From Candidatus Shapirobacteria bacterium (GTDB taxonomy: Bacteria > Patescibacteriota > Microgenomatia > UBA12405): a DNA stretch of 64,000 bases. The translations under genes were made by a program, and so were the position numbers. The notes below the pieces were generated by a model. That model worked only from the letters and a program-made list of their open reading frames with translations. It was not told the DNA's origin and did not search any database. Numbering within the stretch: position 1 is the first letter of the stretch; each line of letters opens with the position of its first letter. Shown here piece by piece: positions 8,887-18,578 of this stretch. The stretch covers positions 197,867 to 261,866 of the forward strand of contig JBAYIT010000002.1 in the NCBI GenBank assembly GCA_041665485.1, read 5' to 3'.

Positions 8887-11800
8887 TTATTTATTAGTTC
8901 CTCCCATAAATCCAAAGGCTTGCTGCAGGTTAGTAATCACCAGATTTAAAGCGTTATCGGTGGCCTTAGGTGTAATCGTTACCGTGTCAATTGAGTTGCC
9001 GACATTACCCACTTTGTCTTTGGAAGTTGACCGCACATGATAAACTTTTGCTGGCGTTAAGTTTGAAATTATTACCAAGTGGTTTATGGTCAAGTTAGTA
9101 TCTTCTTGCGTTTTTTGTGAGTAGGTTGTGCCGGTACCTTCGCCAAACTCTACTTGAGAAGTTGCCGGTTCATCCGTATTCCAGGATACGATTAGTTGGG
9201 CGGTTGATTCCTGGGCGGTTGAAGCGGTGGGTGGGATAGTTGCACCTTCAACATGAAGCTCTAAAACCTGCGGCGGTCTGGTATCGGTTGCTGTTGTCAG
9301 CCGCTGCGAATCAGAAGCAGCTTCGTTGCCGATTTTATCGCGCCCTCTTACCACCATAATATAATTTGTTTGGGGCAAAAGTCCGCGGATAATCATTCGG
9401 TGGTCACCTTTCGTTAAAGCGACATTAACTTCATCGCGGGCGTCAGCGGAATTACCCTCAGGATAGTAGGTGACAATTGAAGAGACTTCGGTGTTGGTAA
9501 TCCACGTCACTAAAAGAGTTGATTGAGCGGTGTTGGCTACTTGCTGAATCCTGACATTGCTAATTTTTGGCCTTGGTAGGGTAGTAAAGTCCAAGATTGT
9601 GCCTTCGTATTCGCTTGATTCGCTGTCAAAGGTATTGATTTTATAGTAATACTTTGTCCCATCCAAAAGTCCTGTGAGTTCGGCTGTGTAAGTGGTCTCA
9701 GTAGTTGAGGTTGAAATTTCTTTAGCTCCGCCAAAACTGGTGGTGGTGCCATAGTATATTTTGATTTTTGAGGCGTTGTTGGAAGTGAACTGGATAATAG
9801 CGGTAGTTAAACCAATGTTTTTAGCGCTGACGTCTTTAACGGTTGGCGCCGAAGAGGTAGAAAAGCTTTTTTCTTCACTGGCTCCAGTATTACCGTCTTC
9901 ATCTGTCCATTTGGTTTTATAGTAATAGGTTGTTCCCGGATTTAAGCCGGTCAACTGGATTGAATGCGAAGAAACCTGAGAGGAGTTGCTGGGCTCAACC
10001 GTATTATAACTACCGCTGGTTGTGCCGTACTGCACTTTGGAATCCGAGCTTCTGGAAGTTGTCCAGGTAATTGTGGCTTTTTTTGTGGTAATTGATCCGA
10101 CGTCTGGTCCGGTTGAGAGACTAGGGGCTGATGTCCATTTACCTGTAGGAGTGATTGAAACTGCATTAGATCCCGATGATTGGGCGTTAGCGCCGTCTTT
10201 GGCGTAAATCTTGTAGTAGTATTTGGCCGATGTAGGAGTGTTATCTACATAAGAAAGGCCCGAAGTTGTTCCGGTTTGAGCAAAAGTTGTGCCGTCAGTT
10301 GAGCGATAAACAAGATAGGTCAGATTTCCCGCACCTTTATAAGTTGGCGCCGTCCAAGTCAGGGTCACATTCCATTGGGATTGAGATTTAATCGAAGAAT
10401 CGGAAGCCACCAGATTCCCGGGATTGTCAGGATCAGTCGAGTCAAGAGTAAATGACGCCGAAATATAGTTTGAAGGCGAATAATTGGGAGTTGACGCATT
10501 ATCAATTGCCACAACATTGACGGTATTTGTGCCTTTGTTCACACCGGGCAAGGCTGCGGCCGAAACCGTTCGTGATGTTCCGTTGTCAATATAGGTAGTG
10601 GCGTTTCCTTGTAAAGTCGCCAAGGTTGAAGGCGGCGAAGTGTTGATCATATAATAATAATGGGCCACAGTTTTACCATTGGTCGGTGTTGCCTCTGGCC
10701 AGGATAAAGCATATGAATTAGAAGTTGAAGTTGATGGGGTTACGGTTACAGTCGCTAACCCGTCAAACGCCGGAGCTGCCCCGCCGTAATTGAGATTACA
10801 GGTTCGGATTGTCGCATCAGTTGAAATATTACCGGCAATATCGACTGTCCGGAAATAAATGATGTTATTGCCAGAATCAATTCCGTGCGGCAAACTATCA
10901 GACTTACCGTCCTGGGCCTGGGTTAATGTCCGCGAAGTGGCACTTGTGGGAACGTAATTATTGATACCAACCAGTGCTTCCGTGGTTGTCCCCAGCCATG
11001 TACCAGTTGTAGTATTAATCTGGTATTGCCAACCTAATATTCCCGATCCAACCACTTCGGTAACCGTATCAGAGGATGCCACGCTGTCAGTTGTCGGCCA
11101 GGAAAAGTTCATATCAGCAACATTGGAAAAACTACCCGAAGCGCAGGAAATATAGGCAGTATTTAAAGGCCGAGTATCGTCATACCTGAATTTAAAAGTA
11201 GCCGAGTTTCCGGCAAAAATATTACCTGATTTATCCACTACCTTGACAGCAAAAAGATAAGACTTAGGTGAGGTTGACAGAGGCGTTGTAAAATGACTTG
11301 CTAAATCAATACTGGTTCCGGTCACAATAAATTGGCAGGTCGTGCCGTCTGTTGGCACCGGACTGGTACTTAAAAGTCCCTTGGCTGTTGCCGGATCATT
11401 ATCTGGGATATCATCTCCGTTATTATCAAGGCTTAATGACAAACAATAGCCTTTAACTCCACTTTCGTTAGGATTATCGGCTCCGGCTGTCCAGGAAAAG
11501 TAAGGAGATGGGTTATTCGTCCAACCGTTTGAAGCCACCGTCGTTCCGCCGTTTGACCGAGACATTAAAATTGTAGAGGCATTACTTCCCCCGTTTGCAA
11601 CGTTTGGCGGGTTGGTGTCGGTGGTAAAACCAACTGATATATGAGGCAGTTTTGGTACATCAGCGCTTTCCGAGTTAAAAATAGCCTTAACTGAAATTTT
11701 ATGCGAAGTGGCAATAAGTGACGCATGTTGCATAATCGGGTTTTGTGCGTCCATTAGTTGTGCTGCCGTATTACCATCCGTTGCTCCGGCTACCACCCAA

Positions 11801-13767
11801 GAACTGCCGTTCCAATATTTCCAAGTGTTGCCGGACTCACAAGCTGTTCCCTGCCCGACACTTTTATTATCACTTCCAGCCGCGCCCAAATCATCGGTAC
11901 ATAATTGGTATTTGATGGTGGAGTTGCCAGTATGAGTGGCATCAGCCGTACAAACTGAACCAACCAGAGTTCCTTCACACAAATTGTCCCAGGTATTAAC
12001 CAGACCATTAAAATAACCGTCTTTATTGAAAACACTGTAGGTGCCTTGTTTTATCAAAGTCAGCTCATCAACTTTAACGGATTTGCCTCTTTTGACCAAA
12101 ACTCCGGCATCAACTGCGCTGTTAACACCGGTAACCGTGCCGGTTAATTTGTACCAGTTGCCGGTAACCGAAGTGTATGTGGGGCTGGTGATGGTGTTGC
12201 CGCCGTAATAAAGAGTAGCCACGGTGTCATCAACCACTCCACCAACCGGATCGGAACTCAAGTTATAGACATATGCTGAAATGGTGTAAGGAGCAGTATC
12301 GCCAACATTAACTGATTGATAGAGTTTGCCATCGACAATAGAGCCTATAGTAATTGTATTTCCACCGGCGCCGGGAAACCCGGAACTAGATGAGAAAGAT
12401 TGAGAGATTGCTACGGGACCACTGGCGCAGCGGAAACCAAGACTGTAGGCCGTACCCGTGGGCGCATAGATCAGATGCAAGGCGAACACACCCGCGCCCG
12501 TGGTATCGTTCCAAGCGCTGCCGCGTAAGAACGCGAAATTAGTGCCGTTTGTTCGAGCCCCCATATAATATTTACCCATGCCTTGAGCAGAGCCCCATGC
12601 AGTATTAGATGGCCTTAAAAGATCATAAGCTAAAGTACCGTAGTTACCGGCGCTGTTAAAGTACGGCCAATCAACATAAGCAGCAGTCTGAGCACTATCA
12701 GGTTTATTTTGTCCTAAAATTGAATCATTTGTCCACTCCCAGACGTTACCGGCCATATCCCAAATAATTTGTCCATTTGATAGAGTAAAAGTTCTTTTTT
12801 GTTTGCCTGAAGTATTATCGCAAACTGTTGCCCCTGTGGTTGTTTTATAACAGGCATAGGTGTCGTTGGTACTGGCATCAAGCGCCAGCCCCGTATCACC
12901 GTTTATGGCTTCGCTTACATTATCATTGTGGCCAGAGGCTAGCATGCCGGTTCCCGGCGTATTGCCGCATGGATAAACGCCATAACCGCCAACCGCAGTG
13001 CACCAGTTAGCGCTTTGACCTTCCGCATTGCGGGCAACTGTCATCCATTCGTTATTCGTAATCAGATGAGGGGCAGTAACTCCGACTCCCAATGACATAT
13101 TCGAACAGTAGCTTTCCGCATCGTTGGCGGTGCTGTCGTTTTGAGGAATATAGGCGATAGGAAAACCTTGGGCAGTTGAAACAACATGTTTTGCCCCAGT
13201 ACTATTACTACAGCTACATCCAGCTCCATTATTTCGGTACGTTCCGTATTGATCTCCCGTGCCATCTGCACCTGCCGAGCCATTACAGACATTACCTGAA
13301 GCGACCGTATTTCCCACATTGTCGCCGTCAGTGTCGCATTTGGCTTCATATTTCATTGCCAAAAAATTACCAGTAGGAGGATTATAGGTTGCGTTGGCGG
13401 GTACTTCTACCCAGCCGGAAGGGGGAACCGCGGCCACACTCCAAGAATCAGCATTATCTGTAAAGGCCGGATTAGCGAATTTATTAGCGCCAACTGTTCC
13501 GCCCGTTGGCTGTGCACCAGTATCATTAACCGTGGTTAAACTGGTCGTGTAGTCTGAAGCGGTCGCGCTTGAGAATGTCCATTCTTTTTTGCTGTCATTT
13601 AGGGCAAATACATTGGGAAATAGTTCTGATAAAGCCAGATAGGAACCGCCAAAAAGTCCGATTGTAATAAACAATATAGCCAACAGGTTAAACTGAAACC
13701 TGGAAAAATGAAATCGCGGCTCAAAGAAATACTTTTTAATGTTATGAATTAGGTTCATGTTGGTCAA
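8887..13767 (-). CDS. Giant (1626 aa) membrane-anchored surface protein: N-terminal signal-anchor, FGE-sulfatase/C-type-lectin-fold domain carrying the DGR variable region, long FN3/Ig-like repeat stalk; DGR target protein
   Basis: FGE/CLec motifs (NVWEWT, RGSAWN, GFRCAS); VR at codons about 411-450; C-terminal roughly 500 aa highly similar to the 23526..28031 protein. Confidence 0.8.
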   Translation of the reverse strand: MTNMNLIHNIKKYFFEPRFHFSRFQFNLLAILFITIGLFGGSYLALSELFPNVFALNDSKKEWTFSSATASDYTTSLTTVNDTGAQPTGGTVGANKFANPAFTDNADSWSVAAVPPSGWVEVPANATYNPPTGNFLAMKYEAKCDTDGDNVGNTVASGNVCNGSAGADGTGDQYGTYRNNGAGCSCSNSTGAKHVVSTAQGFPIAYIPQNDSTANDAESYCSNMSLGVGVTAPHLITNNEWMTVARNAEGQSANWCTAVGGYGVYPCGNTPGTGMLASGHNDNVSEAINGDTGLALDASTNDTYACYKTTTGATVCDNTSGKQKRTFTLSNGQIIWDMAGNVWEWTNDSILGQNKPDSAQTAAYVDWPYFNSAGNYGTLAYDLLRPSNTAWGSAQGMGKYYMGARTNGTNFAFLRGSAWNDTTGAGVFALHLIYAPTGTAYSLGFRCASGPVAISQSFSSSSGFPGAGGNTITIGSIVDGKLYQSVNVGDTAPYTISAYVYNLSSDPVGGVVDDTVATLYYGGNTITSPTYTSVTGNWYKLTGTVTGVNSAVDAGVLVKRGKSVKVDELTLIKQGTYSVFNKDGYFNGLVNTWDNLCEGTLVGSVCTADATHTGNSTIKYQLCTDDLGAAGSDNKSVGQGTACESGNTWKYWNGSSWVVAGATDGNTAAQLMDAQNPIMQHASLIATSHKISVKAIFNSESADVPKLPHISVGFTTDTNPPNVANGGSNASTILMSRSNGGTTVASNGWTNNPSPYFSWTAGADNPNESGVKGYCLSLSLDNNGDDIPDNDPATAKGLLSTSPVPTDGTTCQFIVTGTSIDLASHFTTPLSTSPKSYLFAVKVVDKSGNIFAGNSATFKFRYDDTRPLNTAYISCASGSFSNVADMNFSWPTTDSVASSDTVTEVVGSGILGWQYQINTTTGTWLGTTTEALVGINNYVPTSATSRTLTQAQDGKSDSLPHGIDSGNNIIYFRTVDIAGNISTDATIRTCNLNYGGAAPAFDGLATVTVTPSTSTSNSYALSWPEATPTNGKTVAHYYYMINTSPPSTLATLQGNATTYIDNGTSRTVSAAALPGVNKGTNTVNVVAIDNASTPNYSPSNYISASFTLDSTDPDNPGNLVASDSSIKSQSQWNVTLTWTAPTYKGAGNLTYLVYRSTDGTTFAQTGTTSGLSYVDNTPTSAKYYYKIYAKDGANAQSSGSNAVSITPTGKWTSAPSLSTGPDVGSITTKKATITWTTSRSSDSKVQYGTTSGSYNTVEPSNSSQVSSHSIQLTGLNPGTTYYYKTKWTDEDGNTGASEEKSFSTSSAPTVKDVSAKNIGLTTAIIQFTSNNASKIKIYYGTTTSFGGAKEISTSTTETTYTAELTGLLDGTKYYYKINTFDSESSEYEGTILDFTTLPRPKISNVRIQQVANTAQSTLLVTWITNTEVSSIVTYYPEGNSADARDEVNVALTKGDHRMIIRGLLPQTNYIMVVRGRDKIGNEAASDSQRLTTATDTRPPQVLELHVEGATIPPTASTAQESTAQLIVSWNTDEPATSQVEFGEGTGTTYSQKTQEDTNLTINHLVIISNLTPAKVYHVRSTSKDKVGNVGNSIDTVTITPKATDNALNLVITNLQQAFGFMGGTNK
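12364..12385 (-). promoter_or_regulatory. GC-rich hairpin (ggcgccgggaaacccgg) about 35 nt 3' of VR on the coding strand; candidate DGR target-recognition hairpin
   Basis: Stem ccggg/cccgg with aaa loop in otherwise AT-rich DNA; absent next to TR. Confidence 0.4.
12420..12535 (-). repeat. DGR variable repeat (VR), 116 bp, inside the giant surface protein gene
   Basis: 99 of 116 identity to TR at 15381..15496; all 17 mismatches are where TR has A on the coding (minus) strand; encodes ...APTGTAYSLGFRCAS. Confidence 0.85.
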
Positions 13768-14009
13768 TTCAGTTACATATAAATGTAACTGCTATCAGTA
13801 TGGCAAATTATCAATGTATATTCAATAGCATTTGAGATATCTACTCATCCCGACTTCTCCCTTTTTTGAGGTTGATAAATAATGTCTAAAAGACTAAAAA
13901 GACATTTGCAAATTTTTTCTGGCTTGCCATTTCTTTTTAACCCCCATATCTTCCCCTCGTGTTACAGATTCAGCATAACAAATAGCTGATCAAAACTAAA
14001 GGTGTGTTT

Positions 14010-15167
14010 TTAAGAAATAAATAAAAACCAGAGTATTATTGAGAACAACTTAAGTTGTTCATTAATTTTGGTTTTAATTTTCTCTTTTGATTTAATAATA
14101 GTTTTTTCAGTAGTGATATTTCTTTCAAATAGGTTTTTTTCTAACCCATAAGCATTGGCACGTTTTAGGTGCCCCCGAATCGAGCTGTAAGTTGCCTCAA
14201 GTTTATGCTCCTCGCCGTTCTTTAAGTTTTCATTTCTTCTCAACTTCAGCTTTTGTCTCATTCTTAAAAGTGTCTTCCCTCTAACAAGGACATGATCATA
14301 GAAAATAAGGTAGCCGACAAACGGTATCCCGCTTTTGACATTTTGGATTATGACTTTTTTAGGATGAAGACTAAGATGTAAATGACATTCCAAGAATGAT
14401 TTAAAATCCTCTTTAGTCTGTTTCAAATATTCTTTGTCAGAGTCAATAACCAAAAAGTCATCCATGTAGCGGGCATACCATCTGATATGTAAGGTTTCTT
14501 TGGCAAAATGATCAAGCTCGTTAAGATAAATATTGGCAAACAGTTGACTGGTTAAATTACCAATCGGTACACCCCGGCGCAGATCCGGATTAACCACATC
14601 TTCCGGTGCTTCAATCGGGCGGCCCTTGATATTAAAACATTTATGTTTAGTGATAATTTTTTCAATGAGCCTCTTTGTCTTATCACAAGGCACGGTTTTA
14701 TTGACAAGTGTCAGTAAGACATCCCAGGAAATGCTGGCAAAATATTTTTGAATATCCATCCTCAAACAATAAATTTGCGCGTCCTTTCCGTAAATTGACC
14801 TGGCCGCCTGTAAAAACTTTTTAATTCTGGATAAGCCGAAATGGGTGCCTTTATTCTTTCGGCAAGCGAAAGAATCGTAAATAAATTTTGATTCAAAAAG
14901 GGGCTCGATCCGAGAAACTAAAGAATGTTGGAGCACTCGGTCGCGAAATGCCGGTGCCGCCACCTTTCTTAGTTTAGGATCAGATACGGTAAAACAAACA
15001 TAGGATGAAGGTAAATAAGTCTCCAGTATTAATTCCCGTTGTAATTTAAACAAGTTGCTTTCCAGAAAAAAGCCATAATTGACGATATTACTTTTATACC
15101 GTTTGCATTTTCTGGCTGCCTGGTAGGCTGATAGCAGGTTGTTAAAATCATAGATTTCTTCATACAT
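14010..15167 (-). CDS. DGR reverse transcriptase
   Basis: RT motifs including PIGNLTSQLFANIYLNELD and YARYMDDFLV (YxDD); 385 aa with no maturase/endonuclease domain; TR and Avd-like gene immediately upstream. Confidence 0.85.
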   Translation of the reverse strand: MYEEIYDFNNLLSAYQAARKCKRYKSNIVNYGFFLESNLFKLQRELILETYLPSSYVCFTVSDPKLRKVAAPAFRDRVLQHSLVSRIEPLFESKFIYDSFACRKNKGTHFGLSRIKKFLQAARSIYGKDAQIYCLRMDIQKYFASISWDVLLTLVNKTVPCDKTKRLIEKIITKHKCFNIKGRPIEAPEDVVNPDLRRGVPIGNLTSQLFANIYLNELDHFAKETLHIRWYARYMDDFLVIDSDKEYLKQTKEDFKSFLECHLHLSLHPKKVIIQNVKSGIPFVGYLIFYDHVLVRGKTLLRMRQKLKLRRNENLKNGEEHKLEATYSSIRGHLKRANAYGLEKNLFERNITTEKTIIKSKEKIKTKINEQLKLFSIILWFLFIS

Positions 15168-15380
15168 ATTGATTCAACAAAAAGCGGGCCGGTTGTTAAG
15201 CCGGCCCACATACACTTAATCAGGTACCTATTTACCTTATCCCTGGTGTTTAATACAAGAATAAGAATACAGGCTTTATGTTCTCCCGCCATAAGCAGGA
15301 CAGAGAAAACCTGGTGATCGTTTGGACACCGAGTATATATCCTTGGACATATACCACTCCATCCTGGCGCATTATTTGGT

Positions 15381-15496
15381 CACTGGCGCAGCGGAAACCA
15401 ATATTGTTGTTCGTATTCGTGGGCGCATTGTTCAGATTCAAGGCGAACACACCCGCGTCTGTGGTATTGTTCCAATTGCTGCCGCGTTAGAACGCG
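15381..15496 (-). repeat. DGR template repeat (TR), 116 bp
   Basis: Homologous to VR at 12420..12535; Asn (AAY)-rich when read in the VR frame (NAPTNTNNNIGFRCAS); lies between the Avd-like gene and the RT. Confidence 0.85.
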
Positions 15497-15561
15497 TTAC
15501 GGTTTTCCCTAAGTATTTAGAATAACAGAATTTAACTTTTTATGCAGGGTTATCTGGCAGC

Positions 15562-15903
15562 TTAGTTTAGGTTTGTCCAACCGTAGAGGATTTTTCCTAT
15601 CTCATTTATTTTTTCAGCAGCATGTTTGTATTGGATAATACTCATGAAGTGAAGATCTTTTGTTAAACGGATAAGAATTCTTAGTTCATCCAGTTGATCG
15701 GACATTTGAAGTTGAATAACCTTTCTGGTGTTGTCCCTAATTTTATTAGCTTGAACCGAAGAAAGTAAAATCTTTAATCCCAACTCTTCCAAATGTTTCC
15801 CCAAAACCAGCCGATGACTTTTAGGAATCCTATTTATCAATGGATACAGCCAAAGGAGAAAGTCGTAAATTTTCTGGAAAATGATAAGTTTTTCGGCACC
15901 CAT
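15562..15903 (-). CDS. avd: Avd-like DGR accessory protein (four-helix-bundle family)
   Basis: 113 aa; KIYDFLLWLYPLINRIPKSHRLVLGKHLEE pattern resembles Avd/PF05635-type proteins; position immediately 5' of TR-RT. Confidence 0.5.
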   Translation of the reverse strand: MGAEKLIIFQKIYDFLLWLYPLINRIPKSHRLVLGKHLEELGLKILLSSVQANKIRDNTRKVIQLQMSDQLDELRILIRLTKDLHFMSIIQYKHAAEKINEIGKILYGWTNLN

Positions 15904-16022
15904 GTTTCCAGTGTAGTCCCTTGTAAGAAAAATTCCTATGTCTAATTAAAAGAACTAAAAACAAACGATCTTCACTCTTCGAGTGGCGCTTGAAGCGCCG
16001 CGATTAAAAATTTAGAAAGGGA

Positions 16023-16853
16023 TTAAAAACTAACTTCTCTACCAACTTCACCTTCAAAACTATTGGCATAATTTAACAATTGCCCATGGCTGTTAAAAGC
16101 TATTTGGATGATTAGCTGTCTCATATCCTCATAGGTTTTATAACATGGCGTCCCGTCTGCCTGGTAATAAATACCTTTGGTATCTTTAGCAATGTCTTTG
16201 CTACAGGTAACCGATGGCGGATCAAGCTTAACAATTTGTTTTGCTCCCTTCCATGTAAAAAAGTAATTAGTGACTTTTTGACCTGTTTCTAACGTGTATT
16301 GGCCAATATTGATATTTCCCAAAGCCAAACTGTGGTTAGTGATAAAACTTTTTGCCAAGTCTTCTGCTTCTTTAGCAGACAGAACTTTAGCAACGGTTTC
16401 AAATTCCTGGATATTGGCGGAAACGACATGATTAGTCTGGGGATTAACCAACAAGGTGTTTAAGCCAACAGTATAAGTTTCGGATCGGGCTGGTACCAAT
16501 TTATTATTTGTTGCGTCATAAAAAGCGTCACTACACTGATATTTCACTTCAACCGTTGGTTTATCCAAAAAGTTTCTAATGGCGGTAATGGCCCGATTTT
16601 GTTCTGCTGCTGTCCGGGCAGTTAACTGGCAGATTTCTTTCCTGGCAGCTTGAGCACTCTTTTCGTCTGGATATCCGGCTGAACTTAAACTATTTTCGGT
16701 TAATTCTTTAATTCTTTTTAGATTGAGCTCTTGAGTAGAGACTAATTTTACGTTTTTAAATTCTCTATTAAATATTTTGTAAACGCCAATAGATACAAAG
16801 ATGATTAGGATTAACCCGAGTATTAGTCTCGTCCGTATAAAGTTTTTCTTCAT
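16023..16853 (-). CDS. Hypothetical N-terminally membrane-anchored protein
   Basis: Single N-terminal TM then a roughly 240-aa soluble domain; no recognisable motif. Confidence 0.4.
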   Translation of the reverse strand: MKKNFIRTRLILGLILIIFVSIGVYKIFNREFKNVKLVSTQELNLKRIKELTENSLSSAGYPDEKSAQAARKEICQLTARTAAEQNRAITAIRNFLDKPTVEVKYQCSDAFYDATNNKLVPARSETYTVGLNTLLVNPQTNHVVSANIQEFETVAKVLSAKEAEDLAKSFITNHSLALGNINIGQYTLETGQKVTNYFFTWKGAKQIVKLDPPSVTCSKDIAKDTKGIYYQADGTPCYKTYEDMRQLIIQIAFNSHGQLLNYANSFEGEVGREVSF

Positions 16854-17172
16854 AACAATATATTACGCCTTTTTAAGTATTTATAACTCTTTTTTGATTC
16901 TTTGTCCTGTCCTGCTTTCTCATTATATGGGGTCCAAACCAGCTATCAAAAGGTGGGTGTTTAAGCCTGTAGAAAAATGCCATTAGGAATAATGCTTATT
17001 ATTTAAGGAATGCATTTTTCTAACAGGCATTAAAATCCTTTTTTCTCAAACTCCGTTTTTCGAAAAAACTTTTGACATCTGTTTTTCACCCCATACCCCT
17101 CTTTCAATGGACAGGACAAAAACATGTCTATCCAGATCATTATTAGTTTTTAAGAAAGGAGGTGAAAAGCGT

Positions 17173-17616
17173 ATGTATGTGCTGCCTAGTTTCAAAGGTT
17201 ACACCGTAGATGAAAGACTGAGCGAATTTCGCAAAGCAAAATACGGTGAAAGTTTAGAGTTTATAAGTTTCAAGAGCATTAAGGGTAAAAACCTGCTCTC
17301 AAAATATAGAAAGGAACAAACTATGATGATACTTACCAAAGAAATAATAAATAAATTGCCACCGCTCTACTCTCAAGAAAATGAGCCGGATCCGATGGTA
17401 ATCTGTAAATTCTTTTTCCCTGATTTCAGCTGGACCTGGTATGTAATCGAGTTTGACGGTAAAGATACCTTCTATGGATTAGTGGACGGCTTTGAGGAAG
17501 AGTTGGGATACTTTACTCTTACTGAACTTCTGGCTAACAGAGGTCAGCTTGGGCTTCCGATAGAACGGGATCGATTCTTTACACCCAAAAGACTATCAGA
17601 AGTCAGAAAGTCCTAA
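17173..17616 (+). CDS. DUF2958-family protein (typical of conjugative and mobile elements)
   Basis: LTKEIINKLPPLYSQENEPDPMVICKFFFPDFSWTWYVIEFDG matches the DUF2958 pattern; strong RBS aaaggaggtg 8 nt upstream of ATG 17173 (track ORF starts at 17107). Confidence 0.6.
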   Translation: MYVLPSFKGYTVDERLSEFRKAKYGESLEFISFKSIKGKNLLSKYRKEQTMMILTKEIINKLPPLYSQENEPDPMVICKFFFPDFSWTWYVIEFDGKDTFYGLVDGFEEELGYFTLTELLANRGQLGLPIERDRFFTPKRLSEVRKS

Positions 17617-17620
17617 AACT

Positions 17621-17660
17621 AAACCGCAGGCGAGGGAAACCTTGCTTGCGGTTTTTTTAT
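17621..17660 (+). terminator. Intrinsic terminator after the DUF2958 gene
   Basis: Imperfect hairpin aaaccgcaggcgagg / ccttgcttgcggttt followed by a T7 run. Confidence 0.5.
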
Positions 17661-17664
17661 AGTC

Positions 17665-18426
17665 CTAATTGATTTCTGCTTTTTTGAACAAGCTGATTTC
17701 CATACCATTTTGATCAATTTGATCTGTAGTAGTTGTGTAGAAATTGGCATTGATACCGCCTTCATCTCTGATATGTCTATAGATATGTTTTTCTATAAAT
17801 GCTCTAGTTAAATCATTCCTACAGATAAAGACGATATTAGTAGGTCTGTCTTCATCATTTTCAAAGTACTCCATAAATTTGTTAATTCTGCCTCTAATGG
17901 CATAGCGAGGCATCTTTTCGCTAAATATCTCCCCGACAAAATGCTCTAAGTGTTTTTCAGCTTTATATACATAGGCAAAATCAGGGAGTAATACCCTGAT
18001 AACTCCGTCTATAGGAAAGTCTTGCTGGGTATAAAATTTAAAATCAGCATGGTCTAAAGTATCAATGTTTAAGAGTTTGAGGTAAATATCCGCGATCAAA
18101 ATTGACTTATCAATAAAGCCGTTTGATCGTCGTTTTTCCTGACGAAATTTTTTTAGTAAGGAAACATTTATATCTTTTAGAGTTTTGAGATATTTAATCG
18201 AGTTAGTTGTTAAGTAGTATTTAGCCGGTAGTGTATTTTTCTGATAAGAGTTGTCGTAGATACGGCCAACATAGTTTTTTGCAGTTAAATCTTTTAGCCA
18301 GACATTGATATTTCGGTGATCTTTATTTTTAAGTAGTTTTTGAATTTGAATTCTATTTAAGAAGCGGAATCTATATAACAAGAGAATAATCTCTTTTTGT
18401 TTATTAGTTATATTAGGTATAGTCAT
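17665..18426 (-). CDS. Replication-relaxation family protein (plasmid/ICE-associated, N-terminal wHTH)
   Basis: N-terminal NKQKEIILLLYRFRFLNRIQIQKLL wHTH-like segment and about 250 aa length typical of PF13814-like proteins; adjacent to the coupling ATPase. Confidence 0.45.
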   Translation of the reverse strand: MTIPNITNKQKEIILLLYRFRFLNRIQIQKLLKNKDHRNINVWLKDLTAKNYVGRIYDNSYQKNTLPAKYYLTTNSIKYLKTLKDINVSLLKKFRQEKRRSNGFIDKSILIADIYLKLLNIDTLDHADFKFYTQQDFPIDGVIRVLLPDFAYVYKAEKHLEHFVGEIFSEKMPRYAIRGRINKFMEYFENDEDRPTNIVFICRNDLTRAFIEKHIYRHIRDEGGINANFYTTTTDQIDQNGMEISLFKKAEIN

Positions 18427-18578
18427 ATTAATTTTTAGTAACCTACCTGTATCCTCCCTTTATTTAGGGAGGAGTGTGTTCTCTCCTTATATATAAGGAT
18501 ATAGAGACTACAGAATATTTATTTATTGCCTTTATATAGCGCTAATATTATATCCTATTATCCCAGCCTGCTGGGATA

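Noticed and set aside
9537-13376. Numerous 60-95-aa ORFs on both strands inside the giant surface-protein genes (for example 9537..9752, 11790..12035, 24556..25589, 26182..26967)
   Set aside because: Embedded within long, well-supported coding regions with Pro/Thr/Ser-rich shadow-frame translations. Overprinting artefacts.
14010-15167. RT gene as a group II intron or retron
   Set aside because: Only 385 aa with no maturase/X or endonuclease domain and no recognisable intron RNA domains. An adenine-mismatched TR/VR pair and an Avd-like gene flank it, so DGR is the better explanation.
15250-15525. Small ORFs (66-70 aa) on both strands across 15250-15525, one translating to ...NAPTNTNNNIGFRCASDQ
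   Set aside because: They cover the DGR template repeat. The Asn-rich reading is the TR in the VR frame, not an independent gene.
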